A DNA stretch of 64,000 bases, taken from assembly GCA_002269645.1 (NCBI GenBank), contig NIVC01003698.1:18241-82240 (forward strand), in the 5' to 3' direction. A program made the position numbers and the translations under genes. Positions 42,366 to 55,690 of this stretch are shown here, piece after piece; position 1 is the first letter of the stretch, and each line of letters opens with the position of its first letter. Origin of the DNA: Macrostomum lignano. Its lineage: Eukaryota. The notes under the pieces were generated by a model. It was not told the origin of the DNA and made no database searches. It saw nothing but the letters and a program-made list of their open reading frames with translations.

Positions 42366-43333
42366 TTCTCTCTAACTCTGTCTCCTCTTTACAGTTTTCG
42401 ATATCCCACTCTTTTTTCGCTCTTCCCACCAATGAAATCAGAAAGCCTCATATTTACACCTGTTTCATATTTAATATTCGAGTGTCTCAAAAGCGTCTCC
42501 CCAGACTCAGTCGCAGGGTCAAGGCAGCTTTCTGTTTGTTGCAGTTGATCCTCATGAGCACAGCTCAGACCATTTACTGAGGCAAATTGAATTGCGCAGA
42601 TTCCATATAAAATCATATATAAAATCAATTCGCCTATATCTATGCATTGCTCTTCTGAATAGTCAACTGCTGCATGACACAAACTCTCCCATTTACCCCG
42701 AGTGGCACCCGCCTGCACACATTCCTGCGTCCTTCATTTCAGTTATCAGATTTATTGTCTTCAGTGACCAATTGTATAATTAGCCTGGTCTGTCATTAAC
42801 ACGTGTGCATGGCAATTATTTATATATTAATTTTCTAAACCGCGTGCACACTGACCGCCAGCTTTGTTCTTTTTATATAGGATTTGGATTGCTAGCACAA
42901 ATCTATACAATGTATGTCTTTTGAGTTGTAAAAAATTGACTGAAGAGCGAATATATCTATTGCATATATTATAAAACTAACCTATATAATCGCTCATTTC
43001 TGTTGCCAATCTAAGCTCAACTGTCTCGTTGTTTAATAAGTCTCATTAATTATTTTGATTGCTTATTAAGCAATTGAAACAAGTCAAGATGCATAGACAG
43101 GTTACAGTGTATTATCAATGTTATCAGTATTGCAATTGTTTTCAATTGAGGCTGCACTTCAGATGTACTCTACAGTGCTACATTAACCGTCTAGCCGATG
43201 CGTACAGTATATCATGTATAGTTTATGAAATATTGCTGGATATGTCAAATTTCGAGCAGATTAGCATGAGGAGTTCGCATCAAAGCCGTGCGAAGTTGCA
43301 GTTCACCACGAGAGTCACTCAGATGCTGGGCCG

Positions 43334-44275
43334 TCACTTGACGGGCCGGATGGCGTCCAACACGGCGCAGATGTCGCCCTCCTTGGCCAGCAGCAGCCGG
43401 GTCAGCCAGCCTCCGTCATCGCTGAAGCCCATGGCCTGCATGTGCTCCAGCGCTCGAGCCACTCGCGGGTCCGGCGTCTCCCCGCTGTTGTCATGGCAAC
43501 CGGCGGCAACGGCCGCGGCCTCCTCCGGCCGCTCGTCAGTCGCCATCGCCTCGGCGGAGGTGGCGGCGGGCGGAGGCGGAGCGGCCTGCTGGGAGGTGGC
43601 AGCGGTGGCGGCTCCTTCAAAGGCGGCGGACGGAGGCGGCGGTGGCGGAGCGGCCTGCTGGGAGGTGGCAGCGGTGTCGGCTCCTTCGAAGTCCGCGGCG
43701 GCGGCTCCTTCGAAGTCGGCGGCGGCGGCTGCAGCGGCCTCGGCAGCCTTGGCGAAGAAGTCGCGGAACCGCGGGCCGCCCCATCGTCCCCGGCCGCAGG
43801 GACCGCGGCGGAAGCAGCGAGCTGCCGGGAGGTCGTCAGGCCGCCTGATGAGGAGCATGGGATGCTGGCTGTGGCTGCCGCCTGTCATGCAGGCCGAGCA
43901 GAGGTCAAAGTCGGGGCACAGGAGGCACTTGAACCGCTGGCCCGTCACGCCGGACTCGCAGCCATCGCACACGACGCCCTCGTGGACGACCGTCGGGTCG
44001 CCGACGCTGACGAAGACTTTGACAGCGTCGCCGGAGCCGCCGTCCCGTCTGGCGGCGAGGCTGCGGATGGCCTCCTGCAGCTCGGCATTGGTTGTCATGG
44101 TGACCCTGTCACCCTCCTCATCCTGCCAGCGGAGCCGCAGCTGCTGCGTTGGCGCGATGGAGAAGACGGCCTGCAGCTGCTCCACCAGGCTGGCGTAGGT
44201 GGCTTGGCCCGCAAGGCTGAGGCGCCGGATCTCGTTGCCATAGTAACACTTAAATGGTACGACCGATGAGGCCAT
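43334..44275 (-). CDS. SQSTM1: Sequestosome-1 / p62 / Ref(2)P, single exon, 313 aa
   Basis: PB1 (FKCYYGNEIRRL; OPCA motif WQDEEGDRVTM), ZZ finger (HEGVVCDGC..RFKCLLCPDFDLCSAC..H..HPM) and C-terminal UBA (MGFSDDGGWLTRLL, near-identical to the p62 UBA motif). Confidence 0.92.
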   Translation of the reverse strand: MASSVVPFKCYYGNEIRRLSLAGQATYASLVEQLQAVFSIAPTQQLRLRWQDEEGDRVTMTTNAELQEAIRSLAARRDGGSGDAVKVFVSVGDPTVVHEGVVCDGCESGVTGQRFKCLLCPDFDLCSACMTGGSHSQHPMLLIRRPDDLPAARCFRRGPCGRGRWGGPRFRDFFAKAAEAAAAAAADFEGAAAADFEGADTAATSQQAAPPPPPPSAAFEGAATAATSQQAAPPPPAATSAEAMATDERPEEAAAVAAGCHDNSGETPDPRVARALEHMQAMGFSDDGGWLTRLLLAKEGDICAVLDAIRPVK

Positions 44276-44875
44276 GTTGCAGCTGATTAGCTTGTCTGGT
44301 TTGAAGCTGGGGACTCTTGGATGCCTTCTCAAAGTCTCAGCTGAGGCTGAAGTGAGCTGACTTGTCTGCGGCTTTTGCTGCGGCTTTTTATGCTGCTGGC
44401 CGGGCCGCCACGATTTCGCTGCGCATCGGCTACGAATTGCAGCGTCGGCGCTACGTTTTGCCCGGGCTTTCCTATTGGGGATTCCCTGATGCTATTTTTA
44501 GACATTGCGTGCGGCCTGGGTATAGGGAGACGGAAACGTAGTGTGGACGTATTGTTCTGAAGTGTACAGCTTTTAAGGGACTGTTAATTGTAGTTTTTTC
44601 GAGTTCTGTTATTGACATCTCATACGTTGTTTCGACGTATTCTTACTGTCAGTTTTACCCGGCCTTTGTTACTTCTTAGTGAGAAAGAAAGAACAGAGTT
44701 AGAGTATCTACATCTTTGGCAATATGAGTATATGTATTATTTATTTGTATTATTGAAACGGTGTAATTTTTCAGGCGTTAATTGCTCTATTTAGTCTATA
44801 ATTAGGAAGCAATTGATTTTCCTAATGAGCTTAAATCTCTTACGAGCTATAGACAAAATTGTCTCTCTGCCTGCA

Positions 44876-44914
<39 letters not shown>

Positions 44915-45009
44915 GTGTCTGTCTGCCTGTCTGTCTGCCTGTCTGTCTGCCTGTCTGTCTGCCTGTCTCTCTGCCTGTCTCTGCCTGTCTGTCTGTCTGT
45001 CTGTCTGCC

Positions 45010-45040
<31 letters not shown>
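44876..45040. repeat. (GTCT)n microsatellite
   Basis: Seen directly; it abuts the stop codon of the RING-propeller gene. Confidence 0.95.
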
Positions 45041-47106
<2,066 letters not shown>

Positions 47107-47654
47107 CTGAAGTGAGTAGCGTAGTAAGGAAATTGTATAGTTATTTATATGTCAGTATGAGATGTACAGGTGCAGTAAGATGGTTTAGTATAAATAAGCG
47201 AATGTAAATTGGGGCTACACGCAATCTGTGAAATCGTACTTGTAAAGTGCACGATGTACTTACTTTTCGGAATGAATTTCTTCCTTCCTGGCAGGTATTT
47301 ACTAGTAAAGCCTTTCTTAAGTCCTATTACGACTGGAAAAAGTTGTTTTACAATTTCATTTCTTTTTTTCAAAGAATTGTTGTTAATCGTCATCCAACGG
47401 TGTAGAATTTTATAGCTGTTCCAGTGTTCCACGCTTTTTCACGCGGTCCCGATAAGATAAAGCCCGAACATTAGGGTATGTACGCCACGCACAAAACCTT
47501 GAATCAGTTTTACTGCACTCTCGACCAATTGCCCACATTATATTATATTGTGCACTATCAGCGGTGCTCTAGATTCTGTGTAAGCTCAAGTATGGCACAG
47601 TCTAAGACAAAGGCAAAAATGAAAACAGAGTTGAGGCATTCCAAGTCGCAAATC

Positions 47655-48043
47655 CTGGTCTCTTTGGACCATAGACAGAAGCGTGTCTTTCTATATTGCG
47701 TCGGTCCTGGTCTCTTTGGACCATAGACAGAAGCTTATCTTTCTATCTTGTGTCGGTCCTGGTCTCTTTGGACCATAGACAGAAGCTTATCTTTCTATCT
47801 TGTGTCGGTCCTGGTCTCTTTGGACCATAGACAGAAGCTTATCTTTCTATCTTGTGTCGGTCCTGGTCTCTTTGGACCATAGACAAGCTTATCTTTCTAT
47901 CTTGTGTCGGTCCTGGTCTCTTTGGACCATAGACAGAAGCTTATCTTTCTATCTTGTGTCGGTCCTGGTCTCTTTGGACCATAGACAGAAGCTTATCTTT
48001 CTATCTTGTGTCGGTCCTGGTCTCTTTGGACCATAGACAGAAG
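47655..48043. repeat. 52-bp tandem repeat, about 7.5 copies
   Basis: (tcctggtctctttggaccatagacagaagcttatctttctatcttgtgtcgg)n. Confidence 0.95.
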
Positions 48044-48467
48044 CGTAAATATGCGGATCTTACCATAGACAAATTCATAGCTTTGGCTATAGCTTTATTC
48101 AGAAGCCCTGCTGATGCCTGTGTATTTACTCGTACACACAGTGGACTTTAGATAGACTAGATACTTCAGTATATTAGCACTTGGATTATTAACCTTGTGC
48201 ATGTAGATCTCCACTACATTAGCCTTACGAGTACGTACCGATCATTATCGACCTCAAGGGTCTTATAGATCTTAGGCCGCTATACGACCTTTTGAGGTCA
48301 AACCTTCGTCAACTGCAAGAAATCAGACTACACGACACTGCGGGGCCAAATCACTGGGCTTTTAAGAACTCCGCATCTCCCAAGGCCCAACTTCAACGAC
48401 AATAACCTGTGTCCTCAACAAAAGTTAACGAACATAGCTGACTCCATGGCGACTAAAACACCCGCAG

Positions 48468-49050
48468 GACAGACGCGCAGACCTTGTTCGGCACCCTTGG
48501 CGATAACGCGTTTCGTAGTAAGAAACGGCAGCTGTTTGAACAGCTGGCGCCGGGCAGCAATCCGTACGCCGAGTCGGGATTCCGGGTGAGCAAGCTGATC
48601 GAGCTATACATGTAGCTCGTATTATAGTTAGCAGAAAGAAGAGCCAGTATCAGGCGCAGATAAGTGCAGCAACAGCAGTACATGTAGTTTGCGCTGAACT
48701 GTCTATGGGAACATTTGTCTAGGATTTTTGGTTATTTAAGCTGTACAGTGCTGCACATACATGCTGTTTATACAAGTATACGCGCATTACCGTTTATAGT
48801 ATAACTGTGAAGCTGAAACTGATTATTGCATTGAGTTTGTTTGCTTCTTGCCGGCGGTCAGCAAGCAGACGCTTACTTGTTTGCACTTCTCGTACTATGT
48901 AGAAAGAAATCCCCTAACTGATGCATTTTGCAGAACGCCAAGCCGCAGTACCAATCGAGCTACATCGTGCACCCCGAGTGGGTCTCCGAGCAGACGGCAG
49001 CGGTCAGGCAACGCCAGCAGACGACCAGTTCTCAAACCGCTAAGCAGTGA
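48468..49050 (+). CDS. Last two exons of an unidentified small protein (upstream exon(s) not resolved)
   Basis: Exon 48468-48585 (cag|G...CGG|gtgagc) joins in frame to 48934-49050 (cctaac branch site, tttgcag| acceptor, TGA stop). Translation: TDAQTLFGTLGDNAFRSKKRQLFEQLAPGSNPYAESGFRNAKPQYQSSYIVHPEWVSEQTAAVRQRQQTTSSQTAKQ*. Confidence 0.45.
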
Positions 49051-49924
49051 ATTGGAAACTGAACTATATTTTAAACCCAGCGGCTTTACTGAATTTGTTG
49101 AATTTTAACATACACTGTAACTGTTCAATAACAGCGGTATGTATCCTCGGATTGTTCAAGGCTTAACAGTTCGCTTATGTACGTAACGATGAGGAAGGAC
49201 GGTTACGGTCACCCAATGACCCTACTGCGACACTGTACATGTAGTAAGAAGACTTAACATTTCGAAATTACACGGCAATGTATTAGAGGCTTAAACTCGC
49301 TGAGATGCATTTTTTCCAGATTTGGATTTTCCTGTATTGAAAACTGACAATAGGAGCTGTTAGTTATTTTTTGAACAAATAATTTCTTGACAGATAGGAC
49401 GAACTGTATGAACTGTCAACTGTTTGAATGTTACTTGTCTCGTCTCCCATGCAGTCTTTAATATTTCCAAACCGGATTCGACAACCTCGTGATCAAACGT
49501 TGCTTCAGTCTGGAGGCTGAAGACACCAAGCATGAGGTCATCTTTGCGCATCGCAACTTTGGCTACACAGCAGACCTGACCTGTTGTCAGCGCTTCGGGC
49601 CGAAGCAGCGTTTGAAGCAGCTACCAAAGTTGCTTAAATTGTCGAAGTGACCAAGCCTGAAGCCCAATAACAGCTACAGGTAATTAACAAAGGCCTCCAC
49701 AGGAGCAAGACAAATTTTGCGAACGGAAATCGGACCGCCCTAGATAATTGGAGAAGTTAGATTCCCCGCTTGCGACACCGTTGTTGCTGGAATTAATCAT
49801 TGATTCTGAAGCCTCCGAGGGAAGACTAGCCGAGGTGGCTGAAGACGACTGAAGGGAGCTCTACCGTACCTGCGGCTGCTGCTCGCCCCGTAATTCTCGC
49901 AGTTGCTAAATTCGCCCAGAGTGA

Positions 49925-50353
49925 GGATTCCGTCATCGGCACCGGCACGGTTTCTATGGCCACCTGGCCGGAGATGAAGTCGACGAGACGTATTCTGGCG
50001 GGCCCGCCGACAGAGGTGTCAGTCTGACAGACAGCGGAGCCGCTCGGCTAACAAGATATCACAGACGCAGAGATCGAATGGAAGATTTGGTGAAAAGCAA
50101 TCCGGAATTTGAATGCAACGCAGAGCGAGCCAGATGGATCGAGGCTTTGCACTCGATCACGGTGTACACCGGCTACTTCTTGGAGCTCAGCGAGTGCCAT
50201 CGGGCTGACATTTTCGCCCCCAGCTACTGCAAATAACTGCGACAGCGCTGGAGTGCCGTGTCGGCCGAGAATGGCGCCGACGACAGAAGCATGGTAGACC
50301 TGTTCCGGACACAGATTGCGGACACCATCAAGTCAAGAGCGTCATCAGCGTAA
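49925..50353 (+). pseudogene. Possible disabled coding fragment
   Basis: A GC-rich, protein-like frame runs from 49925 to 50353 (MEDLVKSNPEFECNAERARWIEALHSITVYTGYFLELSECH..) with one internal TAA at 50234-50236. No family recognised. Confidence 0.25.
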
Positions 50354-51189
50354 CGCTGAGCGCGCTGCAACCGCCGATATGATCCAGCTGGACCATCGCT
50401 ATGATTGGACAAGAGTTCGCTGACTGAGCCGAGGTGCGGTTGGAAAGAGGGCCACCAAAGCGGAGCACAAAGTCATCTGATCCGCTTGGCTGCAGGCTAC
50501 CGAGTCTACAAGCAGCGGCTCGGAAGGGGAATCGAACCTTGGACGCATTTGACCAACCTGAGTGTGTATTTTGCCTTCAACCAACTTAAATCTTCTGCAA
50601 CTGCAATGGGGCTTGGAGAAAACTGCAACTGCCGTTCAAACCTGTAACCATTTTACCATTTTAAAGAGGAATTCAGATCTTGTTGTACTATCTATTTACT
50701 ATTTTGTACTATCTATTTGTACCAGAGAAAATTAAAGTGCCAACATAAGGTATATATAAGGTTAAAAAGCAACTAAAATGCAAGTGTTGGACATCTCTAC
50801 ATGCATGTATGTATAGACATTTATTTTGTTTAAGAATAAGATTTTAAATGAAAAAATGTACACTTGATTAAATATTTAACAGATTAGATGCCTTTAATTA
50901 CGTAAAACTGTATGAAATTGCATTACAAACCGTAAATGCTTGAAATTACAAATTAAACTCGTAACGCAAGAATCAATATTTAAAACGGTGTGATTGAAAA
51001 TGCAAATAATTAAAGGCGTGTTTTGCTTTAACAGAATACAGACATGCATAACACTTATATTGAAGTTACTGAGACAATAAAAATTTAAGTGACCGTAAAG
51101 AGGACGTTAGAAGAGAGATGTGCTGCATTTAAGCATGCAAAATAACTAATTGCATACATAATATTACATGCATCATAGATCCCAGTCTG

Positions 51190-51910
51190 AAGATCTGGGA
51201 GGATTACCCAGCTAATGGGACAGAGGATTTGGGAGACTGGCCTAGCAACTGAGGATCTGGGGGCTGGCCCAGCAACTGAGGATCTGGGAGGCTGGCCCAG
51301 CAACTGAGGATCTGGGAGGCTGGCCCAGCAACTGAGGATGTGGGAGGCTGGCCCAGCAACTGATGATCTGGGAGGCTGGCCCAGCAACTGAGGATCTGGT
51401 AGGCTGACCCAGCAACTGAGAATCTGGGAGGCTGGCCCAGCAACCGAGGATCTGGTAGGCTGACCCAGCAACTGAGAATCTGGGAGGCTGGCCCAGCAAC
51501 TGAGGATCTGGTAGGCTGACCCAGCAACTGAGAATCTGGGAGGCTGGCCCAGCAACCGAGGATCTGGGAGGCTGGCCCAGCAACTAGGGCAGACGATCTG
51601 GGAGGCTGGCCCAGCAACTAAGGATCTGGGAGGCTGGCCCAGCAACCGAGGATCTGGGAGGCTGGCCCAGCAACTAGGCAGATGATCTGGGAGGCTGGCC
51701 CAGCAACTAGGCAGATGATCTGGGAGGCTGGCCCAGCAACTGAGGATCTGGTAGGCTGACCCAACAACTGAGGATCTGGGAGGCTTGCCCAGCAACCGAG
51801 GATCTGGGAGGCTGACCCAGCAACTAGGGCAGACGATCTGGGAGGCTGGCCCAGCAACCGAGGATCTGGGAGGCTGGCCCAGCAACTAGGGCAGACGATC
51901 TGGGAGGCTG
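51190..51910. repeat. 28-32 bp minisatellite
   Basis: (ggatctgggaggctggcccagcaactga)n variants. Confidence 0.95.
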
Positions 51911-51978
51911 ACGGTGACAATTGATCTCTACTTTCTGCAAAATACAAAAAAATTAAGTCTAAACAATCGAGAAAAGTT

Positions 51979-52593
51979 TTAATTCATTTTTGCCGTTCTG
52001 TTTTGGCCGCCAGACCTGGCTGGCGCTGCTCTCCTGGCTTTCTTGCCATCGCGAAGCCCAACTGACTTTTTCGAGCACCGCAGCGGCTGCTCCTGCTTCT
52101 GTTGCTGCTTCTGCTCGCAGCGCGGCATTGGTGAGCAGCGCATCTCCGAATCGATACTACTGTTCAAAGTTCGATTTAAGTAGTAATTAACTCGCTCGTC
52201 TTCCATTGATGAAGCAGCGCTGGCCTGGCGAGCGGCAGGCGGCCGCGCGTGGCCGAGATCCCGGAACAGGCGCTCCAACGGCGTCAGGCGCCGGCGCTTC
52301 GGCTTCGGTGGCAGCGGCGTCGCCACGCCGATGATGTCGGCATCCTGACGGACGAAGACGTTACTAATGCAACTGCTGCCAGAGCTGTTTTTGTTGCTGA
52401 TATTGCTGCTGCCGCTGGTGGAACTAGTGTTGCCATGGTGACTGGGCTGGTGGGACTGCTGAAGTGATTCTTCAATAGTGGCGCTGTTGCTAGCAGTGGG
52501 AGATTGCATAATGGCTCTTCTGGTTGATAATTGGCTTTGAGCATCAAGTAGGAAATTCATTTCATTCAAATAGACTTCTGTTGTGGTGTACAT
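51979..52593 (-). CDS. Orphan single-exon ORF, 204 aa, S/N/Q-rich with a basic NLS-like motif
   Basis: ATG-initiated and GC-rich relative to the AT-rich flanks. It contains PKPKRRRLTPLERLFRDL. No domain recognised. Confidence 0.38.
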   Translation of the reverse strand: MYTTTEVYLNEMNFLLDAQSQLSTRRAIMQSPTASNSATIEESLQQSHQPSHHGNTSSTSGSSNISNKNSSGSSCISNVFVRQDADIIGVATPLPPKPKRRRLTPLERLFRDLGHARPPAARQASAASSMEDERVNYYLNRTLNSSIDSEMRCSPMPRCEQKQQQKQEQPLRCSKKSVGLRDGKKARRAAPARSGGQNRTAKMN

Positions 52594-53399
52594 ATAAGAT
52601 GTGTTGGTAGAAAGCGGGGAGCAAGCCAGTTAAAGCTAGGCTTTTAGACAAAGGAATATATGATTTAAATATTGTTTAAAAAACCGATTAGCAATTTCTC
52701 ATAGTAAAGTCTAAAATAGAAATTAATTGCAGTTTCTAGCTTAGTTAAGAAATAAAGAAAGTGTTATTTTCATGTTTGATCTTATTTAAAAAAAATTAGA
52801 TGCATAATTATTATAGCCTTTAAATGAGATATAGAATAGTTCTCTAGTCAATAAGTTATCTAGGCAATAATAATAATGTCTCATAAATGCAAGGAGCAGA
52901 GAATACTCATAATCCCTACAAATCTAGTCGATATTCTCTGTTCCTTGCATTTTTTAGATAAGTTTTAATAACTAACTGAAACAAGAAGAATGTCTATGAC
53001 AAATCTCTTCAGTTTCAAGACAAAATATAAAAAAATAAAATGTTTTAATGCAAAGTGACTAGATGACATGTCCTATATCACACTAATTAAGTATGCCAAT
53101 ATTTTGTTAGGCCTACAATTAAATGATTATTAATGTTATGCTTATATTTTTAAGGTAAGCTAGCCTATATTAAGTTCAACAAAATAGGTCTATATGATTA
53201 TATCTAAAGAAAATCAAAAGAAAAAAGGGAAAACATGTTAGAAATTATTAAGCTTTATTTATTAAATTATGTTGACTTTAAGAAATTAACTATGAACTAT
53301 TTTAAGCAAGAATAACTACTTTTAAGGGACTTAAGCCTGATTAAGCATTATTTCTATGCTTCAAAACTTGTTAAATTGTATTTGATAAACAGGCCTTTA

Positions 53400-54658
53400 T
53401 AGGGTATGCCAGTTAAATCCAGAAAAACTTTCTAGGTCTGTTACTCAGCACTTAATAAAGACATTTTTCTCTATTGTTTCAGCTAAAAGCTCATTAAATT
53501 GGAATCTAGTATGACTATTTTTAAGTGTTATGTCCTCAGAATATGATCGTAGGGCAGCCATCATGGTGGCTCTCCATGCTGGACGCATGTAGGCTGAGAT
53601 TGTTGACTTCCTCAGACTGCCTGCATCAATAGTCTACAATGTTGATAGCCAGTTTTTCGCTGCTTAGGGCACTGAACCAAGAGTGGGAGATGCAGGTAGG
53701 AAGGTCCACAATAGGTCAGCAGCCAAGAAGAGAAGTCTTGATTTCATTGAAAGGCTAGAGGAGCTGGTGGAGGTGGATCCATTGCAGTCCATACGGACTC
53801 TGGCTGCCAAGCTCAATGTTGGAGCAACAACTGTCCAACAAGCACTTGAAGAAGACCTTCGCTACAAGAACTATTGACTGAAGGTCAGCCAGATGCTCTC
53901 GAAACTGATGAGAGCAAAGAGGATGGAGAGATGCTAGCTTCTTCTGACTTCTTTGAAGGGTAATGCCTCTGGACAGATCTGCTTTTTCTCCAATGAAAAA
54001 TTTTCTATATTGATACCAAAGTCAATTGCCAAAATGACAAGTGGATTGCAAAGGACCCTAACAATGTGCCAGTGATTGGCAGAACAAAGCAGAACATAGC
54101 AGAACATAGTTATGCCACCTCATTTTTTCGAGAAGGGCTAGAATGTAAACACTAAGACCTATCTCAATGTTCTAACCAATGTTGTAAAGCCTTGGATTGT
54201 CAAACAGGTTGGTGATAGGCTGTATATTTTCCAACAAGACAGTGCACTGGCTCACAACTGCCATCGGGTGCAAAACTAGCCAGACAACAACCTAGACATG
54301 TTCTGGCCAAAACAGTTCTGGCCACCAAACTTGCCAGATCTTAACCTGCTAGATTTTTTTCTAGAGTGTGGTTGAGCATGAGTCAAACAAGTGTTTTTAC
54401 AACTTAGTTGACACCTGAGCTACCATTGTTGAAACATTGGCTAAAATTCTTACTGATCACATCATCAGTGCTTGTCAGCGGTTCTAGCCACATTTAGAAG
54501 CTGTCATAGCAGCAAAGGAAGGCTGGATTGAGTAGAAGTGTTCAATAAGACTATAAACCAACAATAGCTATATTGATTTCTTTGTCTAATCAAATAAAAA
54601 TTTTCATGCCACTTTTTGTAGGCACATAAGATTTTCCAAATTTAACTGGCACATCCTA
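53400..54658 (+). mobile_element. Decayed Tc1/mariner-superfamily transposon, DD37D (maT/Bmmar1-like)
   Basis: Imperfect TIRs of about 28 bp (tagggtatgccagttaaat.. / ..atttaactggcacatccta) with TA on both sides. Transposase remnant at about 53530-54535 with stops and frameshifts: FFSNEKIF, FQQDSALAH, WPPNLPDLNLLD. There are 37 residues between the last two catalytic Asp. Confidence 0.9.
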
Positions 54659-55642
54659 TATATAGAATAAAAAGTATAGCATAATATATAACTAATTTAT
54701 AGTATTAATAGGCCTAATATGTGTAGGCTAGGGCCAAGGCCTCATAGTCTCTTTCATGCTCAGAGTTATACTGGAAGAAAAGTAGAAAACTGATGAAAAT
54801 TTATCATTTACACTCCATTTATGCTAGGCTTATGCACCATATGCCAAGCATAATGCTTGGACTAAGGCAAGGGGGAAAGGGTACAAGGTATAGGCCTAGT
54901 TTGTACAAACATTTTTTATTTAAAAAAAGTTTAATGTTTTATTTTGTATATTATAATTAAAACTTTAAAAATATATAAGTACCAAAAAGATAGTAACTAA
55001 GTTTTTGCATCATAACACAATTTTTAGGTTTTAAACTTTTTTTACTTTTTTACAAATAATAAAATATGTAGTTATTTAAATATATGCCAACATTTATGTG
55101 TTATGCCAAGGCTATTTTTTGACTAGAATTATGCCAGAAATTTTCAGTGTAACTGTAACAAAATGGACTATGGCCAGGGCCTAGTTACCCTAGTATAAAA
55201 AATAAGTATTGCTTCAGTATAGCCTAGCCTAGGCCTAGCAATGATTGAAATCTCGAAAATCTTTCTTGTGTGGCATTGTCTTGAGACTTGAGCCATGACC
55301 TAATCATAGCCTAAACACTTTAAATTTTAAGTTTTTAAAGCTCCATAAAACTATCCATAACGGCCATAACATAAGGATAAGAGGAAAGCCTTTGCCTAGC
55401 CTTTTAGCGAGTCTACTACTCTAACTCTTCAATGCTTTATCAAGTTAGGGTTAGGCCTAATTCCACCTCTTAAATCATAATCCTAGCCCTAACTCTACTC
55501 CCTTGATGTTTGAACTGATCCTGCTGTACAGCCGCAACACATTTTAGTGATACGCAGTTTTACATTATATACATATTAGATAAGTGTACGAGCGTCACAC
55601 TCACGCCCGTTAATTTTACTGTTAAATTGTCTCATTAAGAGT

Positions 55643-55690
<48 letters not shown>
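55643..55690. repeat. (AGT)n microsatellite
   Basis: Seen directly. Confidence 0.9.

Noticed and set aside
50234-50236. Possible TAA reassignment or readthrough (most confident genes here end in TGA)
   Set aside because: A single instance in an unassigned frame. TGA preference is expected with GC-rich coding DNA, no confident exon contains an in-frame TAA/TAG, and TAA terminates the 51979-52593 ORF.
50515-50545. B-box-like GGTTCGATTCC on -
   Set aside because: No A box, cloverleaf or similarity to the SINE family seen elsewhere; too short to call a tRNA or SINE.
51085-51947. 267-aa and overlapping repeat ORFs on -
   Set aside because: Translations of the 28-32 bp minisatellite.
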